DNA of 64,000 bases from Macrostomum lignano (Eukaryota), in assembly GCA_002269645.1 (NCBI GenBank), contig NIVC01000729.1:139256-203255 (forward strand). The letters run 5' to 3'. Both the position numbers and the translations under genes were made by a program. The notes under the pieces are model-generated. The model did not search any database, was not told the DNA's origin, and saw nothing but the letters and a program-made list of their open reading frames with translations. Below, piece after piece: positions 1 to 39,579 of the stretch. The stretch's first letter is position 1; every line of letters starts with the position of its first letter.

Positions 1-1104
1 CCCTTCAACTCTTCATAGTTAATGCGCCAACCCCACTGTAAATGTGACGTTGAAATCCTCAATTTAAATGTGCCTCTTGTCTCTTCCTAACGGACTCAAA
101 AAGGGTTTCACATCTTGCAAAATGTGTGAAAATCCAAAAGGAAATTGGATTTTCCGTTGTCTTTTAAAGAAACAGCAAGCATTGCCCAGGTATTTTGAGC
201 GGGGATGATCTGAGTGGCCTTTGATTAGCTAGTGGATAATTGGATCTCAAATTTGAGCAGTTTAATGAGTCCCTTGGTCATAATAACTTCTACTAGGCGT
301 TGAAACTAGCTAATTCGAAAAAGTAAACAGTTGGAATATTGTTGCGCATATTTGTATTCTACGAAGGCTCCGATTCCAAACATGGAATTTGGATGTGAAT
401 TATGATGCAGCAGCCACCTTCCGTGCAGCTGTGTTGCGAGGTCCCTATGGGAGTCGGACGCACACTGAATGGGCGTTTTATATTGTGCCAAAATTAGACA
501 AATTAGCTGGTGTTGCACACACATGCATACAAGCCTGCCATTCTGCACTAATGTTGTTTTATGCGTTCCTATTTGTATCGCAGCTCCACTGGAAATAATA
601 TAATCATATTTTATTCTAATTAATAATTTATTAGCCTGAAAAGAAGTCGCAACCACCTGATGTTCGCTCGCATTGTATGGTTCTGTTGGACAAGCCTCTC
701 TTGGGTAGTTGCTATGGGAGAGCGGAAAAGTCTCAAAGATCTTTGGTAGTTTGTTCAAATATCGATAACTTGTGTGACCTTTCCATCAACTAGTCCTAGG
801 TGAATAAGATAGATAACTAGATGTATAAATTTCTGTATCTGTGTGTGCGTTCTGTAGCCTTGTGAATAATTTAAATTGAGTGTGCCCTAATGTTGACTGC
901 CAAGTAGAGATGTGGAGTCTCATATCATGTATCAGTTTGATAATCAGTTTGCTCCACTGCTCTCGCTTCTCTGCATGCCAACTTAACTTGGTCTCAGCCC
1001 TGAGAAATAGTAAAGGAAGGATTATATAGTTTACAGTAGACATGACTAAGCTTTTGTAATGCAAGTGTACATGTAACTTACAGGGTAGAAGGGAGGGCCA
1101 GCTA

Positions 1105-1570
1105 TGGAGGGTAAAGAGATGGCAAGATACTGAGGGTAAATAGAGGGTAAGATATTGATGGTAAAGAGAGGGTAAGATATTGATGGTAAAGAGAGGGTAA
1201 GATATTGATGGTAAAGAGAGGGTAAGATATTGATGGTAAAGAGAGGGTAAGATATTGATGGTAAAGAGAGGGTAAGATATTGATGGTAAAGAGAGTAGAC
1301 ACTGAGCGTGTAAAGAGGGTAGACACGGATGGTGTAAAGAGAGTAGACGCGGGGGTGTAAAGATGGTATACACGGAGGGTGTAAAGAGAGTAGACGCGGG
1401 GGTGTAAAGATGGTATACACGGAGGGTGTAAAGAGGGTAGATACGGAGGGTGTAAAGAAGGTAGACACGGAGGGTGTAAAGAAGGTAGACACGGAGGGTG
1501 TGAAGAGGGTAGACACGGAGGGTGTAAAGAGAGTAGACACGGGGGTGTAAAGATGGTATATACGGAGGGT
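1105..1570. repeat. Minisatellite, 25-nt unit (gagggtaagatattgatggtaaaga) grading into a related 24-nt unit
   Basis: Direct inspection of periodicity. Confidence 0.9.
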
Positions 1571-3262
1571 GTAGTGTCTCAGAGTGTAGACTTAAAACTG
1601 AGCTTGAAGAAGCTAGAGATGTAGATAGAAAATCATTCTTTAAATAATGAACAATAATTAATCCATTTTTCCTAGAAAATCTGCAATTTCTGCCACAATC
1701 AATTTTAAAATTGACTTCCATTGGTTAGTCAGATTTGCAAGACAATGAAATTTACTCTTCAAATTGTCAATGGAATTATCTTAAACATGCGGGACCTGTT
1801 CGACCCGTATGTGAGCTTTGATAAATTATACAATAATTCTAAATATTGGGCAATTTTCCAGTATTTCTCTCTCTTTCAAAAGTCCCTCCCTCCCAAATCC
1901 GTCCCCTTATAGAAGCAGATATTCGAGCAATAACGGGATAACAGGCCTATCTGTTCTACCCCGCATTGCAGGGCGGATAATTTGCCGAGAAAATCTATCT
2001 ATCGCCATCAGCCAGCCTCTTTTTATCGTAGTAGACGAGTCTTCATGAGCTCTGCCTGTCTGTCTGTCTTCTGCTTCGGGCTTTAATCAATTCTCAGGCG
2101 ACTATGAGTCCTTTCTAGCCTTTCTTTCCACTTTCTACCCCACAGCAGGACCCTTTTGGACTGTATTATATAAAAAAGTTTCAAATTTGAGTATCGGCTT
2201 CTTTGGACAGGAGCTGAAATCGGATCTCGTTGACACTGAGCTGATTTTGAGCAAATGCTGCTTCATTCTGATTGATAAAAATCGTCTTTTTGGGAGGGGT
2301 GGGGGGGCTAAAGACACTGACTGATGCCTGAAAATGGGATTAATTTGATTTTTCTGAACTTTATTATTAAAGCTACTCTGTTCGGTGCTCTACCAGGTAA
2401 CTGAGTATTTTTTAATATTTCTATAAGTTTATGAGTTAATAGTTGACTTTATCCATGTTTTAACAGTTTTTAATATTTGTTTATGTTTTAATACACTTAG
2501 AATTGCCGTCGAAGCTTATTGCTATTAGCCCTGTTGAATAAAATGACACAGCGGCTTGCTCTGAGTCTGAAAAAGTGCTCAGCATTCACTGATTTCTCAT
2601 CGCCATGGAAACGTGTGCGTGTATGTTTAACATTTCGACGAATTCCATTGATTCTTGGTCACATTGTGCTGAAGTGAAATATTATTTTTGCTTCATTATC
2701 GGCGAAAAATGAAGATGATAATTTTTTAGGCCCTAATTGGGACAGCCGACAGAGAATCAGAACGCTTCCAGAGTTACGGTTTCCGGCCCTAATCAATCGA
2801 TTTTTGGATCGATATTTTTTGCCTATGGTTTTTTTCTTTTCGCCTGCAGATTAACTCATGCACTTTAAAGTTTCGGTTAGTTAGTTGGCAAATTATTACG
2901 AAATCATTAATTGGATTATTGTTACAGAATTTAGGTATTAATAAAACTACTTGGTGTCTTGAAGCTTGCTCTTGATGCAAGTTCCCTCGGTGACCAATAG
3001 ATCAGGAGGGCTCTGGCTTAAACAGCTCCTTTTTCTTCTCTTTCAAAACCGGCTGCTTCGTTAGCGCGCGAGTCAATGATGGTTGGGGGGTGGATGGGGC
3101 GGGAGGTGCCTGAGGATGCAGTGGAGATGCTGTGACCGGCAGTTCCTTTTACACGCGTTTCGCATCCGGCTGATTCTTAATGTCCGCGTCCTTGTAGTCA
3201 GCTGCGCCATGGAGTGCTGGAGCTAGAGCTTGGACTGTTTAAACTGTCATAGAGTATCTGTT

Positions 3263-3905
<643 letters not shown>

Positions 3906-4957
3906 TGTACGTTTGTCTTTGTGTCTGTCTATTTGTATATCTATCTAACAGAAGTTATGATTGTTCTAGTAGAGGATAGCACAGAGGCTGTACGCGGTAA
4001 GAGTTTCTAGTACTCCAAGCTCTGGTTCAAAGTCTTCCCTGGCTATGCTGTCCCCCAGACTCCTCCTCATCAGCTCTGAGTTGAATAGATTTTTTTCAGC
4101 TACTCTTCGGCAAGCGGCTACCAAAGCTTTTTATTCACGCGGACTAGAATAGACTTCTTCTTCTAGAGGCAGGGTGAAGGAGCCAAGGCGCATTTCGGTT
4201 TGTCGCTGCATCAGTGCCGGATTATTATTAGAAGCTTTTTGTTTTTCTTCTATTAAACTTGAGCAAACAGGGGTCCTCGTAAAGTGATTTAGTTCAACCT
4301 TGCTCAGGGACTGTTATGGCTGTTGGACTAGAAACCTAGACTGCCGGATTTCTCAAAGAATTGCTAACCATTCCATAAGGGTTGGTCCAAATTTTAAAGT
4401 AATTTGTAACGAAGAATTTTTTATTATAAGTTTTTTAAGGTTAAGCTAAGTTGGTAGGGGTTAGCACGCCACTGAATATGCGGGTTACTATCTATATGAG
4501 TCCCTATATGAATTCATAGTTGTCTAGGTAGTGGCCTCTCCCAGTCCATCGACCCGATCCAGAGGTCCACAGCCCAGACTTTGTGACCACTGGGCTTATA
4601 CTTTTTGCTACATATTTCTTATGCACATGGGATTGGATTGTTTTGCTTCTAAACAGACCTGGTTACCCCAGTGCCCAGCCTTGTGCCAATAAGTCCTCTC
4701 ATTCCCCTTGAGCTTGCAAGCTCAAATCTTTTGTTTGAATTTCAGTTTTGTTTGACTTGATCTGTTAGTTTTATTGAACCAGTTTGGGTGTCTTTGGATA
4801 AGTTGATTAGGTTTTGATTAAAATTCAAACTCATAACTTTATTATCCTGCCTCATGGTGCTGATGGAATTGCTATCCTGTATGCATTTTTTGTCCGCTTA
4901 TCCACCGGAAACTTCAGATCCTGAAGCCATACACTCCAGTATAACAGTGGCATTATT

Positions 4958-5566
4958 GCCTCTGAAACTTCAGGTCCTGAGGCTACCCGCTCCAGTATAA
5001 AAGCAACTAGAAGGCCTCTGAAACTTCAGGTCCTGAGGCTACCCGCTCCAGTATAAAAGCAACTAGAAGGCCTCGAAACTTCAGGGCCTGAGGCTACCCA
5101 CTCCAGTATAAAAGCAACTAGAAGGCCTCTGAAACTTCAGGGCCTGAGGCTACCCACTTCAGTATAAAAGTATAAAAAGGCCTCTGAATCTTTAAGGGCT
5201 GAGGCTACCCACTCCAGTATAAAAGCAACTAGAAGGCCTCTGAAACTTCAGGGCCTGAGGCTACCCACTCCAGTTTAAAAGGCCTCTGAAACTTCAGGGC
5301 CTGAGGCTACCCACTCCAGTTTAAAAGGCCTCTGAAACTTCAGGTCCTGAGGCTACCCACTCCAGTATAAAAGGCCTCTGAAACTTCAGGTCCTGAGGCT
5401 ACCCACTCCAGTATAAAAGTATACAAAAGGCCTCTGAAACTTCAGGTCCTGAGGCTACCCACTCCAGTATAAAAGTATACAAAAGGCCTCTGAAACTTCA
5501 GGTCCTGAGGCTACCCACTCCAGTATAAAAGTATACAAAAGGCCTCTGAAACTTTAGGGCCTGAGG
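4958..5566. repeat. Minisatellite, about 41-55-nt unit (ggcctctgaaacttcaggtcctgaggctacccactccagtataaaa...)
   Basis: About 12 copies with variable tail. Confidence 0.92.
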
Positions 5567-5646
5567 CTAATTACTCTAATTTATGAGCTTCGCAAAACTA
5601 GAAGCTTTATTAAAATGCTATTGTTTTCATTCCCACACATTGGCAG

Positions 5647-30513
<24,867 letters not shown>

Positions 30514-32073
30514 CGCTGCAGAAGGAGTTGAGGATGCATGCGTGAATTAATAATAATTTTTTCTTTCTGGGTTTGATGGGGGACAAAGTTTTTTTCACCC
30601 AAATTTCACTTAAACCGTTTCCTAGAACTATTATTAACCCCCAATATTACTGTTGTTTTGTGGTTTGGTCATAACTATATTTAACCTGCTCGTTTTGTAT
30701 TATTCCGAATTGTTAAATTGTCGTTTTAATTGGTCAGCTAATTAACAATTTAAACAACTTTTTCGAGAGAAAAACACTAATTTTATTGCTAGCCTACTTA
30801 CAGTAAAAAGCTATGAAAATTGCAGTAAAAAAACTAGCAGACTTTTAAAAACGGCAAAGAAATTCACGAGCGATTTTTTCGAAATCTACTGAATTACTCA
30901 ATCTATCTTATTTAATTTAAGACGTTTTTTCGCAGTTGTTGTGATTTACTAAACATTAAAATGATTTATTATTCGCCATATATTATTGCTGTTTCTGCCG
31001 CTACTCCTTTGTCTGCACTCTCATCGCACACAAACGCACTCGAGTGGAATCAAAAGCATATTTTTCTTAAGTTGTTTTTTTTCAAAAAATTCCAAGTTCT
31101 CATTGAGTCATCATTTTTCTATTTTAGTCATTATTGGTTATTCCGAATTTGATTGATTTTTTTCTATTGTTATTTCATTGAAAAAAATCAATTCACAATA
31201 TATAATTGAACCTTTCATTTCATTCATTCATCTTTATATATTCGTGAAACATAAATCTTAGTCTCAGTCTTATGTTTTTCATCTTGGTTAGCAGGAATCT
31301 TTTGGAGCATGAGCGGTAAAGTTCAAGTTTACTGCTGGCATGACCTGTGAGTCGTGACTGACCGCCATTTTATAACATTAATTATTATTTTAAGAACCAT
31401 TCCTATTCTTGAAAAATACACATTAAATTATAGAAACAGACATTGTTTGTTGTTTTAAAAAATATTAGACAACCTAGAAATGTTTTATTTTAATTACATC
31501 AATTATTGTATTTTAGGGCCTAGATAATACACTAATGTGGAATTAAAGCTGTTAGCGGTTTTATAGTGGTTTTGATTTTGTAGCGATTCGATTTTTATGG
31601 TCTCTCTAACTTTACGACTAATGTACATTTAGTCCTGTACATCTCTTCTCAGCCCAATATTCTCCGCTGGCAAGCCCAACTAGTTGTTAAATTGAGGAGG
31701 TGGGTTCTTTGCGTACATTCCCCGACCGTCGTCTTCTCGTCCTTTTCTTTATCATCGCCACCCCACCCCCCTCCCCCCTCTAGCCAGCCTGGCCTTTTTT
31801 CACACCCTCGCGCACCCCCCTCGTCGCCGCGTTCTCAATCTGCCTTCCACTCCGCTTTCTCTCTCGCCTCTCTCAGCGCTCACTGCCAGGGCCGAGGGTT
31901 AAGAGGAAAGCCAACCCCAGTTGTCATAACAACACTCTACCCGCCCGCCCCTTATATTTCTCTAAAGCGTCTTTCTGAGGCGCGCCAATTTAAACAGGCT
32001 ATTTTAGTTGGTATTTTTTTCCTGGTCTTAAAATTGAATTGAAATATACATACAGAAGTTGCTAAAAAGCCAA

Positions 32074-32718
32074 ATGACGGTAGAGAAACCGGAGGCCGAT
32101 GCGGCTGCGGAGGCAGCGGCCGCGCCCGTGGCAAAACTGCGCGTCAGCAATCCGAAAGAGGAGCTGCTCTGCCAGGCGGCCGAGGATGGCGATTGTAAAA
32201 CGATTGGCAAGCTGATCAGCGAAATTGAGAATGTTGAGCTCAAATGGCCCAGGCTAGAGAATGTAAACTGTTTGGACGCATTGGGTCGCACGGCGCTGAT
32301 GCGAGCTTCCCAAGCCGGTCACTACGAGGCCGTGAAACTGCTAGTTGCCAACGGAGCCGATGTGAATTATCGCGACTGGAACGGAGTCACCGCTCTGCAC
32401 TTGGCAGCCAAGCATCACCAATTGCAGGTGGTGAAGTTCCTCATCATGTCCGAGGCGAGGCTGGACGCGCTGACCCGAACCGGCCTGGCACCCATCGACT
32501 TGGCCAGGTACAACTCGGACACCTGGACAGTCCTTCGACAGGCAGCCACGGGCACCATGCCGACGGTGGACCATCTGGTGCAGACTATCGAGGTGCCCCT
32601 GGTGCCAGCCTACGCCATCCCGAAGCCGAAATCGGGCGACGGTAAGAAGAAAGGCAAGAAAGGCGGCAAGAAGAGCGGCAAGAAGGGCAAGAAGGGTGGA
32701 AAGAAGAAGAAGAAGTGA
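32074..32718 (+). CDS. Small ankyrin-repeat protein (about 3-4 repeats, 214 aa) with basic Lys/Gly C-terminal tail, intronless CDS
   Basis: Ankyrin consensus GRTALMRASQAGHYEAVKLLVANGADVN, GVTALHLAAKHHQLQVVKFLI, GLAPIDLA. First ATG at 32074 (the ORF track starts at an upstream TTG). Ends GKKKGKKGGKKSGKKGKKGGKKKKK*. Confidence 0.9.
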   Translation: MTVEKPEADAAAEAAAAPVAKLRVSNPKEELLCQAAEDGDCKTIGKLISEIENVELKWPRLENVNCLDALGRTALMRASQAGHYEAVKLLVANGADVNYRDWNGVTALHLAAKHHQLQVVKFLIMSEARLDALTRTGLAPIDLARYNSDTWTVLRQAATGTMPTVDHLVQTIEVPLVPAYAIPKPKSGDGKKKGKKGGKKSGKKGKKGGKKKKK

Positions 32719-33489
32719 AATGCGCACACGTTCGCCCGTTTTGGAATCGCTGTTGTTTTTGCTTGACAGCATTTTGTCTTTTCCTATCGTTTACTTGAGC
32801 AACTTCTTTCACTATGGCGGGAGATTATCATCTACCGGTATTTGCGAGCAACAGGTGAAAATAGCGGTTACTGGTTCTTGCGTTTTAATGTCATGTTCTC
32901 CAGTAAGCCGGCACTCCGAGCTGAAGGTTGTGACCTATTGCAGAAAATATAAGTTTTTTTACTCCCAGAAATAGTTAATTTGAAATTCTATCAAAAATCG
33001 TTTTGTTATATTGATAGGTTATTTTTGTACACAATTCAATTTTAAAGAGATTTATTATGCTAACCGCTATTGCAAATATAAAAATCAAAGCTAACTAAAA
33101 TTTTTGTAGCGAGCGGTTCATTATTTTAGTTGAATGACTTGTTGTCTTTTTTGTTTTGTTCACCGGTAATGTTTAAAAAGCTCACCTGTCTAATTTCGGT
33201 GAAAAAATAGGGCAAACGGCCCTTCTAATGCATCCTAATTGGCCCAAACTTCGTGCCTCTCCCCCGGGTCAAATGTCGATCAATCACGCTCCCTGCGCAA
33301 GCGGTTTAGTCCATCATTTATTACCTATTATTATTGGCCTGGAGTCCGACTGGGGACATCTGAAAATTAACCTGGACTGGAGGCTGTATGGCTGGCTCAA
33401 TTTAAATAGCATTTATCTGGGGAGCTTTCATATCTGCGAAATTTCCTGTCTCCGAAAGCACGTCTTTCACATCTCCAACATTTCATAAA

Positions 33490-35768
33490 TCCGACTTTTC
33501 ATATCCTCGACACTTCATGTCTCTGACGCTTCATATCTCCGACACTTCATGTCTCCGACGCTTCATATCTCCGACACGTCATGTCTCCGACGCTTCATAT
33601 CTCCGACACGTCATGTCTCCGACGCTTCATATCTCCGACACGTCATGTCTCCGACGCTTCATATCTCCGACACTTCATGTCTCCGACGCTTCATATCTCC
33701 GACACTTCATATCTCCGACACTTCATGTCTCCGACGCTTCATATCTCCGACACTTCATGTCTCCTACGCTTCATATCTCCGACACTTCATGTCTCCGACG
33801 CTTCATATCTCCGACACTTCATGTCTCCGACGCTTCATATCTCCGACACTTCATATCTCCGACACTTCATGTCTCCGACGCTTCATATCTCCGACACTTC
33901 ATGTCTCCGACGCTTCGTCTCTTCGACACTTCACATCTCCGGCATTATATCCCCGACACTACATATCACCGACACTTCATATCTCCGACACTTCATGTCT
34001 CCGACGCTTCATATCTCCGACACTTCATGTCTCCGACGCTTCATATCTCCGACACTTCATGTCTCTGACGCTTCATATCTCCGACACTTCATGTCTCCGA
34101 CGCTTCATATCTCCGACACTTCATGTCTCCGACGCTTCATATCTCCGACACGTCATGTCTCCGACGCTTCATATCTCCGACACGTCATGTCTCCGACGCT
34201 TCATATCTCCGACACTTCATGTCTCCGACGCTTCATATCTCCGACACTTCATATCTCCGACACTTCATGTCTCCGACGCTTCATATCTCCGACACTTCAT
34301 GTCTCCTACGCTTCATATCTCCGACACTTCATGTCTCCGACGCTTCATATCTCCGACACTTCATGTCTCCGACGCTTCATATCTCCGACACTTCATATCT
34401 CCGACACTTCATGTCTCCGACGCTTCATATCTCCGACACTTCATGTCTCCTACGCTTCATATCTCCGACACTTCATATCTCCGACACTTCATGTCTCCGA
34501 CGCTTCATATCTCCGACACTTCATGTCTCCGACGCTTCATATCTCCGACACTTCATATCTCCGACACTTCATGTCTCCGACGCTTCATATCTCCGACACT
34601 TCATGTCTCCTACGCTTCATATCTCCGACACTTCATGTCTCCGACGCTTCATATCTCCGACACTTCATGTCTCCGACGCTTCATATCTCCGACACTTCAT
34701 ATCTCCGACACTTCATGTCTCCGACGCTTCATATCTCCGACACTTCATGTCTCCGACGCTTCGTCTCTTCGACACTTCACATCTCCGGCATTATATCCCC
34801 GACACTACATATCACCGACACTTCATATCTCCGACACTTCATGTCTCCGACGCTTCATATCTCCGACACTTCATGTCTCCGACGCTTCATATCCCCGACA
34901 CTTCATGTCTCTGACGCTTCATATCTCCGACACTTCATGTCTCCGACGCTTCATATCTCCGACACTTCATGTCTCCGACGCTTCATATCTCCGACACTTC
35001 ATGTCTCCGACGCTTCATATCTCCGACACTTCATGTCTCCTACGCTTCATATCTCCGACACTTCATGTCTCCGACGCTTCATATCTCCGACACTTCATAT
35101 CTCCGACACTTCATGTCTCCGACGCTTCATATCTCCGACACTTCATGTCTCCTACGCTTCATATCTCCGACACTTCATGTCTCCGACGCTTCATATCTCC
35201 GACACTTCATGTCTCCGACGCTTCATATCTCCGACACTTCATATCTCCGACACTTCATGTCTCCGACGCTTCATATCTCCGACACTTCATGTCTCCGACG
35301 CTTCGTCTCTTCGACACTTCACATCTCCGGCATTATATCCCCGACACTACATATCACCGACACTTCATATCTCCGACACTTCATGTCTCCGACGCTTCAT
35401 ATCTCCGACACTTCATGTCTCCGACGCTTCATATCTCCGACACTTCATGTCTCCGACGCTTCATATCTCCGACACTTCATGTCTCCGACGCTTCGTCTCT
35501 TCGACACTTCACATCTCCGGCATTATATCCCCGACACTACATATCACCGACGCTTCATATCTCCGACACTTCATGTCTCCGACGCTTCATGTCTCCGACG
35601 CTTCATATCTCCGACACTTCATGTCTCCGACGCTTCATATCTCCGACACTTCACATCTTCGACACTTCACATCTCCGACACTAAATATCACCGACGCTTC
35701 ACACCACCGACGCTTCACATCTCCGACACTTCACATCTCCGACACTTTATGTCTCCGACGCTTCACAG
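33490..35768. repeat. 16-nt satellite (ctccgacacttcatgt / ctccgacgcttcatat) with higher-order structure
   Basis: About 140 units; a rare variant block (cttcgtctcttcgacacttcacatctccggcattatatcccc) recurs at about 33912, 34759, 35301 and 35491. Confidence 0.97.
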
Positions 35769-38619
35769 CTTAACCCTAGCGAAGATATGAAGCCTGAAGC
35801 GTCGAAGTTGCTTTTCGGAGATATGTAACCCTCCTGTTCATCTTTCTAGAAAGTTTTTTTATGCAGAATTTGTTATTGTTAAATCAATATTTCAAACTTT
35901 CTTACATCCTACGATCGTACGCACTGTATCTAACTGTAGGCTGCAGTCCTTTTAATGCCCTTCTTTATTTTGTTAAACCCAATCTGAACAACTGGCTCAA
36001 TGTAATGATTTGTAAATTCGCCCCGGCGGTCTCTTTCAAATTTTTTTTAATTCTTCTTTATTCTGACTTTTGGCTTCCAATCCATGCGCCATATCATGTG
36101 GCATACCATATAATGTGGGTATTTAGCGGTCCCTGCCAACTTCGATGACGATAGGAGAGAGAGAGGTGGAGAGCCAGAATCGCTCTGTGTTTGTTTTTCT
36201 ACTCCACAAGCTGGCGCGCGCGGGGCCCCCAGGGCGAGGCCCCCGGGGTGGAGCGACTTTGACAGGCGAGGTCGATATTCGTCAATTAAAACGGGGGTGG
36301 TGGGGGCGAAACCGCAGTCTCAGCAGCAGCCGCCGCCGCCGTTGGGAAAAACCTACAGATAACGAAAATTTCCCCATTTCTTCGAACAGAAATTGAAATT
36401 AGCCATCTATATTAGTCGGAATAAGAATTTTTGCTGATAGCGGAGAAAGCTTTCCGGAGGGTTTTGAAAGCGTTTGGCTGGGTTGTTGGAAAACAATGGA
36501 TTGGTTTAGTAGATGCAGTTTGACAGTCTGCAAGCCCAAGTTGAATATTGTGTGTGGGTTTGTCTGCCATGTTTTATCTCTATTTTTTCATGCCTTTGTG
36601 TGTTGACATTTTTATCATACCTTGGCCTTTGCCCTGTTTCCCACTTCATAAGCAGGAGTCTGCGATGCCCACTTGTTAGTTTTGGCCTCCAGTTTGACTT
36701 GATCTTGCTTGTCTGCTTTTAACTTGGCAGTGAAAAAAGTGTGTTTTCAGCTTTTTAATTTGCGCTAGTAGAATTTGCGGTTAGCAACCGCATCCCAGAC
36801 CAAACATTTGGTAGCACTTGTGAAAGTCACCGAATTCCATTACGGTTTTATCCGGCCTGACTTTATTGACAAGATAAATTTCACACGTTTAGGCTTCTTG
36901 TAGTATATTGGGTTGCTACCTAGCGACCAAATTGTTTTCAAAAATTGTATTTTTGTATAGCCTGGCTGATTCCCCAGAAATATCCCCATCTTAGTGGTCG
37001 ATTTCCGAGTCAGTTTGCTCGTAGTTAATAATCTTCCCTTTATAATAATTCTTTCAGGTCGGACTTTTCGGCTATTCGAAGTTTGTGGCCTGACTTGTTT
37101 TCTTCTGTCCCATATACAGTCAATTTGGCCTGGGATATATGAAAACGGGGAACAGTTTTGACAAAGTGGATCGAGGATGTAGAAGGAACCTTGGGGTCAG
37201 TGGATTTTAGAAGTTCATCAAGGAGATCAGTTAGATCTAAAGTCTGGAAGGTAAAAATCAAAAAATTATAGAGCATTCTTCATTTCTGCTTATTATTCCT
37301 GCAAAATCCAGATCCCATATTTGCGGCCTCCTTAACTCCGTGCACTGTCGGTCGGCCTCCTCCTGGGCTGCTTCCACTTTTCATTTTTCTGTGAAGCAAC
37401 CGCCGCAGCCGGGTATGGCATAAATTGGCAAATTTTGATGGGGGCCCAACCATCCCCCATCGGTTCCTTCCCGTATTTATTAGACAGAGATTTGACCACC
37501 GCTGCCTTGATGGGAATATTCTGTGTGACGTATTTATTAAGGACAGAAAAGGAAAGCATTATAGACTGACTCGAATAAGCTCGAGTGGCTTATACAGACT
37601 TCTGCCCTTATTGCTGCTTGCAGTTCGATGTCATGGTTACCTGGCTTTGCTGGGATGCTGGACCTTTGATGCTGGATAGAATCCCTCTGTATCACTGTCT
37701 CTCCTGCTGGACTTACCCTTATGTAATTCTGAGGGTTAATAAAACATGATGTGCCCCCCCCCCCAAAGGCATCATTTTGGATGACTTTTTGCCCCCCCCC
37801 CGCTGCCTGACAGGTGGCTGGAAGTCTCACACATTAAACTTGCGTAGCTAGGGCATTTCCCGTGAAATGTCGCGCCACCTATCTTATCCCTTCTACCTCT
37901 GCAGCCGCATCCCCCAGCTGGATTAATCCACAAATTTGTACACAATAACCACAATAAGCTAAACATACGTAGTTGGCATTTCCTAATCTGCAATTTTTAC
38001 GAGTCTATATAACATAATGTTAGAAAGTTTCCGCAATGTCACCCACTACTATATGCTGCAAACGATGCGTTGTTAATCTCGTGGTCACTTAGCCATGGTA
38101 ACGCTTTATTATTTGGCTGGTTATAAGCTGTAGCTTTTTAACTCGCTCTCTTAGCAAGCCATAAAATATCCCCATCTCGATTGGGACATTTTTGCTTCTC
38201 GGGGCAGCAACGGATTTTGTGCGTGTCTGTATGTTTTTTGCTTGTAAGATAAAGATTTATTAGCATTGGTTTTGATTACACTTTCCTATAGTACGAGATT
38301 TAGAATGCTTTGGCAAGATCTGTCCACCTGTTTATGCCTGTGTGTGCGGTTATAAAATTGATTTTTTTCACGCCGGATTATCAATTTGGAAAATCCCAAC
38401 TTCAAGCCGAGGGGGTTGGATACTACTTTATGAGATTGTAGTTCATGCCCGGTATTTCCGCTCTGAAATGTAAACTGAGTGTTCTGATTCAAGTAATCAC
38501 ACGGTTGCTTTTAATTTTCAACGGTGTTTTACACCTTCAGATAACCTATACAAAAGATTATTATTCTGTTGGTAAATTCATTGTCCTATTCCCAAAATCC
38601 ATTGTATTGTGCAGGGACA

Positions 38620-38630
38620 CGCAGACAGGC

Positions 38631-38663
<33 letters not shown>

Positions 38664-38673
38664 GGCAGCCAGG

Positions 38674-38719
<46 letters not shown>

Positions 38720-38770
38720 GGCAGGTAGGCAGACAAACAGACAGACAGACAGACAGATAGGCAGACAGGC

Positions 38771-38817
<47 letters not shown>

Positions 38818-38818
38818 T

Positions 38819-38851
<33 letters not shown>

Positions 38852-38852
38852 T

Positions 38853-38931
<79 letters not shown>

Positions 38932-38962
38932 TACAGACAGGCAGACAGACAGACAGACAGAT

Positions 38963-38993
<31 letters not shown>

Positions 38994-39080
38994 GGCAGGC
39001 AGACAGACAGGCAGACAGACAGGCAGACACGCAGGCAGGCAGACAGACAGACAGACAGACAGACAGATAGGCAGACAGGC

Positions 39081-39149
<69 letters not shown>

Positions 39150-39240
39150 TACAGACAGGCAGACAGACAGACAGACAGACAGATACAGACAGACAGACAG
39201 ACAGACGAGTAGGCAGAAAGGCAGACAGGCAGACAGAGGC
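38620..39240. repeat. (GACA)n microsatellite
   Basis: Direct inspection. Confidence 0.98.
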
Positions 39241-39535
39241 AACCAGATAAAAAAACTTGATGCGTAAGATTCAAAGATACTAGGGTTATCAGACACTAAG
39301 ACACTGGCATACCTAGGCAATTTAGAACACTATAAGATACTAAAAGTACTAACACTCTTTAAACAGTTAGACACTGAGACGGGCATGCCGACTTCAGAAG
39401 ATTAAGCACTGTTGTACACCCCTCCAATCATCCCATACCAAGAGCGCACCTGCAATGCGGCTTCTCTTGCGCATTCAAACAGTCAGTTATTGCGGCTATC
39501 AATTTCTTGTCTTCTGTTATCAAGATTGTTCAACG

Positions 39536-39579
<44 letters not shown>

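Noticed and set aside
306-758. HRDLA kinase-like motif in a minus-strand ORF
   Set aside because: No catalytic Asn, no DFG and no other kinase subdomains; likely chance.
4918-4973. Possible upstream VPS13 micro-exon (DPEAIHSSITVALLPLKLQ)
   Set aside because: It is a diverged first copy of the adjacent minisatellite, with a weak donor and no VPS13 similarity.
33517-35790. 700-aa ORFs (SPTLHISDTSCLRRFI)n
   Set aside because: Product of a stop-free 16-nt satellite read in multiple frames.
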